From positions 1 through 55,830 of the IMG/VR virus record IMGVR_UViG_3300020438_000050: DNA of 55,830 nt; one strand, 5' to 3'. The first letter of the stretch is position 1; the number at the start of each line of letters is the position of its first letter. Shown piece after piece: positions 29,506 through 37,800 of this stretch. Both the position numbers and the translations under genes were made by a program. The DNA is from a virus. Taxonomy: Duplodnaviria > Caudoviricetes. A model generated the notes under the pieces. It was not told the DNA's origin, made no database searches, and saw only the letters and a list, made by a program, of their open reading frames with translations.

Positions 29506-31312
29506 TCTTAACTAATTTTTGTACTTCTGGCAAATACAAATATTCAATCTTACTCGCAAACAATGTCCTACACGCATCATCTAATGTTTCTACTAAGGGT
29601 TCTCCTCCTAAGTTAAAACTTGTATTAAATATAATAGGACATCCTGTTCTAGATTTAAATTCATTAATTAGATCGTAGTAATGTTCATTTTCCTGTCTGT
29701 TAACAGTTTGTATGCGACATGTTCCGTCCACGTGTATAATAGCAGGAATTTTATCCTCTACACCAGGTTTACAATTTACTGCATACATCATATGAGGGCT
29801 TGATTTCATTCCACGTAAATCAAACCAGTCATGTGCATCTTCTTCAAGTATTGTGCCAGCAAACGGTCTAAAATATTCTCGATTTTTAATACCATTAACA
29901 TGATCCTTGCCATCTGGATCTGTAGGATCATAAAGTATACTACGATTGCCTAACGCTCGAGGTCCTGCTTCAGAACGACCTTGGAAAATACTCACAATAT
30001 TTCTATCAGTAATTAAATCAACAACATCATTATTTGTTGCATCGATTACTTCTGCGCCATATTTTTCTGCTACATCTTCTAAGTCTTTATAGTTATATTC
30101 AAACCCGGTGTACATTCTATCTTGTGTATAGTCAATTGTTTTCCATTCGCCTTCGTTAAATTGCGCTTGGAAGTCATGCCATACTAGTAGAGCTGCACCT
30201 ATGCTTGTTCCTGCATCGCTGCTTATAGGTTCAACATATAAATTAATATCGTGCTTCTTTAATTCTTCTAAGTAGAAATAATTTGCAACGCAATTTAATG
30301 CATAACCCCCACTTAGTACAACATTTTTATTTCCGGTAAGTTCAACTGCTTTAAGTATTAGGTCTAATGCTTTTTGCTGTGTGACTTTTTGTACTGCATA
30401 TGCTACATCTCTTCTATTCTGTAGCGTTGTAACATCTTCTGCACTGTCATCACCTAAAAATTCATTATATCCTTTGTTAATATAGGCTCCGTTTGGATAA
30501 GTTGCTTGTATTAAATTTCTATTAGATAAGTTGCATCCTTCGTCCCATATAGGCGGCACATCCGGATTATCTTTTCCGTAAGGAGCAAGACCCATTGTTT
30601 TACCTGCCTCAATAAAGTGCCAACCACAGTAGTATGTTGCAGCTTCATATGATTTTACAATTCCAGCATGTGTACTTAATACTACTTCTGCATCGCCATC
30701 TTCTTCAAACCATAGTTCAGTACTTACGTTATCTGATCTATAAATAGAATTTTGATAATAATCGTTAAAATTCCCTCCAGCATTTTTATAAAGTGTTTTA
30801 ACATTATTTGGATAGCTCATATCAAATACAGTTTCTGTTTCCCATACCCTATACTTGTTATTAACAGCCGCAACTTCAAAACCCGAGCCAGCGCCGTCAA
30901 TTACTACTGCTGTTGCACTATCAAATCCACTGCGATAAAATGCACATGCGGCATGTAATTTATGATGTATATTTCCTAGATCAATACATTGAGGATGCTT
31001 ATTTTGTTCATGTGGAATATTTGCAATTAAACCTAATTTTCTAGCGAGTGAATAATAAATGTCTTCTCCTGTATAATCTACTGTTGGGCAAAATTGTGCT
31101 CTAGTAGCTGTATGGGCATATACAAGATAATCTAGATGATCAGTAAACTCAAGTATTTTGGTCATTCCTGCAAAAGGTGTTGCATCATACTTTAACCTAG
31201 TTAATCTTTCTTCTTCTATAATAAAAACAATCTCGCCGTTTTTAAGTAGACACAAAGAGCCGTTATGTCCTCGTGTTATTCCAGCAATCCAAACATCTTT
31301 ATTTTTTTCCAT
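29492..31312 (-). CDS. O-carbamoyltransferase (CmcH/NodU/TobZ family)
   Basis: EEERLTRLK, HHKLHA, GKTMGLAPYG, SGGYALNCVAN, DAGTSIGAA, GPRALGNRSIL, KNREYFRPFA, HVDGTCRIQTV, NTSFNLGGEPLV. Confidence 0.93.
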   Translation of the reverse strand: MEKNKDVWIAGITRGHNGSLCLLKNGEIVFIIEEERLTRLKYDATPFAGMTKILEFTDHLDYLVYAHTATRAQFCPTVDYTGEDIYYSLARKLGLIANIPHEQNKHPQCIDLGNIHHKLHAACAFYRSGFDSATAVVIDGAGSGFEVAAVNNKYRVWETETVFDMSYPNNVKTLYKNAGGNFNDYYQNSIYRSDNVSTELWFEEDGDAEVVLSTHAGIVKSYEAATYYCGWHFIEAGKTMGLAPYGKDNPDVPPIWDEGCNLSNRNLIQATYPNGAYINKGYNEFLGDDSAEDVTTLQNRRDVAYAVQKVTQQKALDLILKAVELTGNKNVVLSGGYALNCVANYFYLEELKKHDINLYVEPISSDAGTSIGAALLVWHDFQAQFNEGEWKTIDYTQDRMYTGFEYNYKDLEDVAEKYGAEVIDATNNDVVDLITDRNIVSIFQGRSEAGPRALGNRSILYDPTDPDGKDHVNGIKNREYFRPFAGTILEEDAHDWFDLRGMKSSPHMMYAVNCKPGVEDKIPAIIHVDGTCRIQTVNRQENEHYYDLINEFKSRTGCPIIFNTSFNLGGEPLVETLDDACRTLFASKIEYLYLPEVQKLVKIKNP

Positions 31313-32235
31313 TATCTTACTTTTTCCTCTATATCATTCATAATTTTTTTGATAAAGTCCTTTTCTTGTTCAGGTGTAAAATCCATACAAGTATCATTAT
31401 AACGGTTTGCAATATCACCATCGATACCTTGCTCTAATAATCTTATCGGAAAGTACCTAATATCTACGGGTGTTTTTTGTAATATTTGAAAATGATCAGG
31501 ATATGTAATATTTTCAGCAAATGTACTTCCTAAGATTACAGTAGCAGGCTTATCAAATGCTCTAGCCATATGCTGTCCAACACTGTCACACCCTATAAAA
31601 TAATCTGCAGCTTCAATAATTCCAGCCCATTGTCTTAATTGGGTTTGTATTTTAAAAGTTTTATCTTCAACTTCCATAAATTCTCCCATGTATATTACAT
31701 TATATTTTTTTTGAAGAGCATCTACTATGTTAATATAAGTACGTAAACTTAAAGATCTACTCATGTCGTCAACTATTTCATTTTGTTTAGGTTGGGCACT
31801 TCTTCCAAATGGTTGAATAACAATTGTCTTATCTTTGCCTTGTTGTTTTTTTGCATTATTCATTGCATCAACAGCATTTATTTCTTCGGCTTTATTTAAG
31901 ATTATTTTAATTTTTTCTAAATCAGAATGGTCGTCAGTTTGATTTATTTCAGCATCAAATGCCTCAATTAGATTTTTTTCTTGATTATAGTAGCCTCTAT
32001 TACGATAAGGCTCAGGAGTAATTAAAATATTTGGTTTGATAATATTTTCAAACACACCCTTTGTATCTGGTGTGTATGCAATATCTTGTAACTCTTTTAT
32101 TCCTACAAAAAATTCTAAACCTGATTCTGCAAAAATGTAAAAGTTATTGCCTTCTCTTTTGTAATATTTAAGTAGTGCAGGAATGCTACAAAGAACGCGG
32201 CCTGCTCCGCCTGTGATAGAAAATACTTTTTTCAT
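31312..32235 (-). CDS. GT-B glycosyltransferase, GT9 (ADP-heptose transferase)-like
   Basis: N-terminal GGAGRVLCSIP, IVIQPFG, and IEAADYFIGCDSVGQHMARAFDKPATVILG matching the GT9 D-S/T-G-x-x-H donor-binding motif. Confidence 0.7.
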   Translation of the reverse strand: MKKVFSITGGAGRVLCSIPALLKYYKREGNNFYIFAESGLEFFVGIKELQDIAYTPDTKGVFENIIKPNILITPEPYRNRGYYNQEKNLIEAFDAEINQTDDHSDLEKIKIILNKAEEINAVDAMNNAKKQQGKDKTIVIQPFGRSAQPKQNEIVDDMSRSLSLRTYINIVDALQKKYNVIYMGEFMEVEDKTFKIQTQLRQWAGIIEAADYFIGCDSVGQHMARAFDKPATVILGSTFAENITYPDHFQILQKTPVDIRYFPIRLLEQGIDGDIANRYNDTCMDFTPEQEKDFIKKIMNDIEEKVR

Positions 32236-32294
32236 GAAAACACCTAGTTTGTTTATACACTATTAATTATGTGTACAACAATACTAGGTGTTTC
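32236..32294 (-). promoter_or_regulatory. Long hairpin covering the RBS, with late-like CATAATTA at the loop
   Basis: AAACACCTAGT/ACTAGGTGTTT 11-bp perfect stem plus about 11 further bp; the 3' arm carries AGGTG just before ATG 32235. Confidence 0.65.
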
Positions 32295-32307
32295 TTTTAT
32301 GGCTTTT

Positions 32308-33012
32308 TTAACCTGCTAGTCTAGCTGTTAAGAACTCAACAAATGCTTGTTGATCTGCTTCAACTTTCCCCCAATGCACTAGATAATCGTCTTTGTCTTC
32401 ATCTGCTAATACAATGTACTCTAAAGTATGTTCTTCTGGAGTGCCATCTAAGAATGTAATAGGTTCAGGAAAACGTACAACATCCGGGTCGGGGTCAGTA
32501 TCTGCCTTAATACCAGCAATCATTCTTTTTGTATCTGCTAACATTTCTGTATACAAATCAAGTGTTGCTTGGGTATAAGGAGGAATCTCGTCCTGTTCTC
32601 TAATTGGAATATAGATTGGCTTTTTTGCCTGCTTTGCAATAATTTTTTGCTCTGCTAAGTCTAAAACTGCTGGGTCAGCGTCTGGAGCAACATAATCGCC
32701 AGCGCCTTCTTCGTGTTCGGCTAATAGTCTAGCTTTCTCTGCTTCAAGTTCATCATGTTTAGCTTGAATAGCTACGTTTTCTACGTCTCTTGCATCCTTT
32801 AAAATAGGAGCAATAACAGTGTCATACTTATCAGAGTCAAGCTTAATAAGTTCCTCATTATGCCAATAATCACCTGTTGCTGGCATAGTAATTTCTTCGT
32901 CTACTTCTACCCATGCTAGTCCTGAAGATGCAACAAAGTCTGCTTGACCATCTCCAGCGACATGTTCCACGACTTTTAAACCGTATTTGTTAGTTATTGT
33001 TGTAAAATACAT
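32308..33012 (-). CDS. Acidic hypothetical protein, possible fibre assembly chaperone
   Basis: Directly downstream of the Gly/Cys-rich fibre gene; SD AAGGAG. Confidence 0.5.
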   Translation of the reverse strand: MYFTTITNKYGLKVVEHVAGDGQADFVASSGLAWVEVDEEITMPATGDYWHNEELIKLDSDKYDTVIAPILKDARDVENVAIQAKHDELEAEKARLLAEHEEGAGDYVAPDADPAVLDLAEQKIIAKQAKKPIYIPIREQDEIPPYTQATLDLYTEMLADTKRMIAGIKADTDPDPDVVRFPEPITFLDGTPEEHTLEYIVLADEDKDDYLVHWGKVEADQQAFVEFLTARLAG

Positions 33013-33022
33013 TCATGTCTCC

Positions 33023-34540
33023 TTAATATACTATGACCACTGATCCAGAACCACCATTCGGATATAGTCTATTACCGCCTCCGCCTGCGCCTGAGGCTTC
33101 TTTACTGTTTGCTCCGTATCCAAACTTATAGTCACCCATATTAGATCCATCTGCAGCTGCTAGTGTTGATAATGGAATAACACTAGTATTTGAAGTTCTC
33201 ATAGAGTCAACATCTTTTGAATATCCTAAGGATACGCCTGAAGCTCCGCTGGAACTAGAACCAACTAAGTTTGACCAAGTTGAACAAGGCCAATTTGATT
33301 GGTTTGATCCAAAGTAGAATGTCCAGTGATCTTGTCCAAAGCCTGTGTAACAAACATAATTTGAGCCAACATCAACACTGCCGCCTCCGCCACCTGATGC
33401 TGCGCCGCCTAAATTCATTACTTGTACATCACTTACACCGTCAAATCCATCTGCACTCGACGATCCTGATTCAGCACCAATACCTACTGGGCATGCATTT
33501 ACATTAAAGTCGTCGTCATTGTATGGAAAAGAAGGTCCTGAAGCTGTACTTGCTAAAATATTAGTTCCTTCTGCGCTGCTGCCGCCGCCTCCGCCGCCGC
33601 CTTCTGCGCATAGATACACACTGCTACACATACGTTTACATGTACAGCACTGCCAATTTAGTCTGTCGTAGAATGTTTGTCCAAATACATAATGATAACC
33701 AACATAACATAGACACTGATAATCACTGTCGCCGCCCCAATAGAAACAACATCCACAATTTCCGCCGTTTAACGACTGTGCAGAACTTAGATACGCAACT
33801 GTACAAACGCAACTTCTACGTGTGCCGCCGAAGCTATAGTCGTATCCGTTCCAATAGTTATTATTACAAGTACATCCTGTTGGGCCAGCTCCGCCGCCTC
33901 CGCCGCCTGCGCCTTCTTGAATGCATAATGTTCCGTCGATATTTCCATCTTCTCTAAAGAATGGTATAAACACACCATCGCCGCCAGTTCTATTAATGTC
34001 GCCGCCTGTTGCTGTGCCGCCTGTGTTAAAATAACCGTTGATACAGTTTACGTAGCCGCATACTGGTAAATCAAAACCTAAACTTACTTTGTTGTCATTG
34101 GAGTTATCTCTTGTTGTTGAATTTGAAGTACAATTCCAAGATATTGATTGCTCAGTTGCATTATTAGCAGTAACAGTAGTAGCACCCATTACAACACTAC
34201 TTGCTGTAAGTCCTCCTACTGAACCTACATTGACTGTCATAGTCGCGCCTGGTGCTAACCCTTCCATTGTCTTCTCTGCATAGCCTCCGCCGGCGCCAGT
34301 TAAGTGACCTACAAAGTTCATGCAATAATCTGTTCCTGGCATTTGCACACCTGAACAACAAGATGCTGATACAAAACAAAAGTCAGTTGTTCTATAACAA
34401 CTACCTGCTCCAATTACGAATATTTTGGCTTTGCTAACACCAGCTGGGACAGTCCAACTGGTCGTTCCTGGAGAGGAATAAACCTCTGCCTTTGTATAAC
34501 CAAAATCTGTTACACTTCCGCCTGATATAAATCTACCCAT
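33023..34540 (-). CDS. Gly/Cys-rich distal tail fibre or adhesin protein
   Basis: SPGTTSWTVPAGVSKAKIFVIGAG N-motif and GGSGSVVIVY C-motif of phage glycine-rich domains; poly-Gly runs; about 26 Cys. Confidence 0.7.
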   Translation of the reverse strand: MGRFISGGSVTDFGYTKAEVYSSPGTTSWTVPAGVSKAKIFVIGAGSCYRTTDFCFVSASCCSGVQMPGTDYCMNFVGHLTGAGGGYAEKTMEGLAPGATMTVNVGSVGGLTASSVVMGATTVTANNATEQSISWNCTSNSTTRDNSNDNKVSLGFDLPVCGYVNCINGYFNTGGTATGGDINRTGGDGVFIPFFREDGNIDGTLCIQEGAGGGGGGAGPTGCTCNNNYWNGYDYSFGGTRRSCVCTVAYLSSAQSLNGGNCGCCFYWGGDSDYQCLCYVGYHYVFGQTFYDRLNWQCCTCKRMCSSVYLCAEGGGGGGGSSAEGTNILASTASGPSFPYNDDDFNVNACPVGIGAESGSSSADGFDGVSDVQVMNLGGAASGGGGGSVDVGSNYVCYTGFGQDHWTFYFGSNQSNWPCSTWSNLVGSSSSGASGVSLGYSKDVDSMRTSNTSVIPLSTLAAADGSNMGDYKFGYGANSKEASGAGGGGNRLYPNGGSGSVVIVY

Positions 34541-34551
34541 TATATTCTTCC

Positions 34552-34872
34552 TTACGCTGTACTAGTTTCGATTCCATAAACAACAGCATTAACATCTGTT
34601 GCGCTGGATCTAACTACTATTCTTTGGTTTTGTCCTATAACAATACCAGTTCTTTCTAAAACACCAGATGGGCTAATGCCTACTTCGTATTCTATATATT
34701 CTGCTGTTGTGGGTGAGTCTGCATCCGCAAGTGCTATTCTAGCAGTTACAGTTGCTCCACTTCTATTAACAATATTAACAGTTGCAACAGCAAATGTATT
34801 TGCACCGCATGTATAAACTACAGTATCGGTTGCTGCTGATAAATTGTTTGCTCCTAGTTTTCCTGACGCCAT
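34552..34872 (-). CDS. Small fibre-adaptor-like protein (paralogue 1)
   Basis: 106-aa beta protein sharing a pattern with 45418-45747 and 52288-52653. Confidence 0.6.
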   Translation of the reverse strand: MASGKLGANNLSAATDTVVYTCGANTFAVATVNIVNRSGATVTARIALADADSPTTAEYIEYEVGISPSGVLERTGIVIGQNQRIVVRSSATDVNAVVYGIETSTA

Positions 34873-34887
34873 TTTATTTTTTCTCCA

Positions 34888-37800
34888 TTATCTTTGTAAG
34901 AAGTAATTTAAAGCCAATGCAGCTCCGTCAATACTTCCTGTAAACTTTACTGGGCTAGTTATATTTATAACATTACCCTCGGTGTTTGAAATTGTATTCA
35001 GTGTTAAATTAACTTCACCAGCAGTTATGCTATTTACATTCAATGTAGCTCCGCCACCGCCTATCTGGCTTTGGATATACGTTCTAATAGCTTTTTGTGT
35101 TGGTACAATGTTGTCTGAATTAGCTGCAAACGTTCCGTCTGTACTAAATTCGTTAACAGCAGTGTTAGAACTACCAAGTGTTACTGAACCAAGTTGTAGT
35201 TCTTGTAGTCCTGCTAAGTTAAATGCATCAGCATTCAAACTTGACTTACCAGTAGACTGTTCAACACTAAACAATTCGCCAACCTTAAAGTTACCATCTT
35301 GGTCTGTGCTTGTATAGAACACTCTACCTCCGCCTCCTTCGACAGTTTCTTTTGCCGCTGAAGGTGTAATTGCAGGATCTCCTGGATAGTTTGTGTTAGC
35401 AAAGTTACCTGTACCTATGTCTAAGAAATCGTGACCTGTTAATCGTACTTGCGAGTATCTTAGTCTAGATTCAAGAGCATCATTGTGCTCTGGCGCAAGT
35501 GCAATAGTAACAGCTGGAGATAATTGTAATTCAGCTGTATATGGACCGGATCCTAATAGTCCTAGAACGTTTACAAGTTTGTATACTGTACTGTTACCTG
35601 CAAATGTAATATTAGACCCTTCAATTGGAACATCTGTTAATCCGTCAACTTTTACATAGCCGCCGTTTTGATAAATGTCTCCAAAGCCGTCGCCTGTAAC
35701 AGTTGCAGTTGCTGATTCCCAATCAGTACCTCTTTCCCTAAATGTAGGTTGTCCTAATGCTCCGTCACCTACTCTTACAGTAAATGTTGCTGCTGCTGTG
35801 TCATTAGGATCAGTAATAGTTACAGTCGGTGCGCTGTCATATCCACTACCAGGCTCTAATATTTTAAATGCACTGATTTGTCCGCTTTCAACAATACATC
35901 TTGCAAAGGCTTCTCTAACATTTTTCTGATATTGAATAACATGGTTGGTTCCATTACCGCCCACTGTAACCCATGTTGGTATCCCACTTGGATTACCAAA
36001 CGCTGCAGCTTTGTGATTGTTAGCAAAAGTAATTGTACTTGCTACCCAGTTCAATCCATCTTTAGATGTATTTGCTTTCTGTCCTGTTGTTTCATCAACA
36101 GCATAAAATACTCCTTGTCCGTATTCTATAGTTGTCCAATCACCGCTTGCTGTAAGTGTTGTTGCATACCAAGTAATACCATCTAAGCTGTAGTTTGCAG
36201 TATCGGTACCAGTAGCAGTAGCTACCCATTTACTATTACCAAATGCAATTGATTTAAATGTAAGTGCAGAGTTTGCAGAGCCAGCTGTCCAGCCTGCGCC
36301 ATCATTGTCTGAATACGCTGTATCTTGTCCTTCGGACATTACAACCCATCTGCCGTGATTACCAAATGCTACTGCGCTATAGTTATTACCTATAGTAGGT
36401 AGTGTAGTGCCAGCTGTCCATGTTTGGCCATCTGTTGAAACTGCTACTTCTCCACTTGCTGCAATTGCCATAAACTTGCCTTCGCCAAATGCAATATCTA
36501 CCCATGTAGCTGTTGCTGATAAAGTTGAAAGAGTCCACGTTGCTCCGTTATCATTTGTATAAGCACCTTGTGTACCTGAAGCTACTGGAGTTGACATAAA
36601 GTAATGACTTGCGCCAATTTTACCATATGCTATATTGTTTTGTGCGGCAGGTGTTGCACCGCCCGCTGTAAATATATCTCCTCCTGGTGTCCACGATCCT
36701 CTTACAGTAGAAACCATTGAATCTGTATTTGTACTACTTAGTGCTACATATACATCATTACCGTATGCTATAGCATCATAAACGTTAGTTGTTCTATATG
36801 TGCCACTATTAGGAGCTGCGCCACCGTTATAAGACGGTGTTGACGGTGCAGCAACTGATATTCTTGGCTCAATAATATATGTAGACGTTTGATCTAGAGT
36901 AGTCTCAATTACTGTGCCAGGAATAATATGTTCCCAACCTGCTTGATCATCTGTTTCTCTATAAATTGTAGCAACTTTTGTGCCTGCATTATATGATTGA
37001 ATATATCCGTATTGTCCAGATCCTTTACCTGCTATAATCATTAACCTCATACCAGTGTAAGCAACTGAAGGAGCAGTATCTTGACCAGCAAGTGTAATAC
37101 TTGTTGTATTACCAGTTTGCGGGCTGTTAGATGCTGATCTATAGTCTTCACCTGATGTTAACATTCGTATTTCAAATACTGCATTGTCTCGTGTTTCTTC
37201 TAAAACAAAGTCTTGCCCATATCCAATACCAGAAAAAGTTATAGCATTGTTCTCCGAAGTATAACTTGAACCTGCATTTGAATATTCAAGTGCAAAAATC
37301 TTATCATTGTCTGTATAAACATTTGACACTTGTGCTTCAAAGCCTCTGTTGTTCACAGTTGCAGTGATAGGCGATTCAGTATCGTCAACACCTTCAGCTA
37401 CTGATCCAAATGCTCCATATGAGTTGTTTCCGTTAGTAGCACGAATCTTGCCGCCATTTTCTGACAAATAACCAATATGGTTATAATATGTAAACACTGA
37501 TACAAGTTCTGATCTTCCTAAGTTTGTAACCCAGTATCCAATACCATCACTTAGTACTTGAGTAAAGTCGTTAGCAACCATTGAATCGTAGCCGCCATCA
37601 TGTAATGCTCCGTCAACTTTCATACCTACGCATGCTGTACCAAATGTTGATACATTTTGTACGTAAGGTGATTTATTAGCAATCCATACATCTTGGTCTT
37701 GTGTTCCCCAACCTGGATCGAGCGATACATATGCTCCTGCGCTCGGTCTCTTAGTTCCGTAAGCATTATCGCTGCCTAGTGTTCCTGTAAGGCCGGATAG

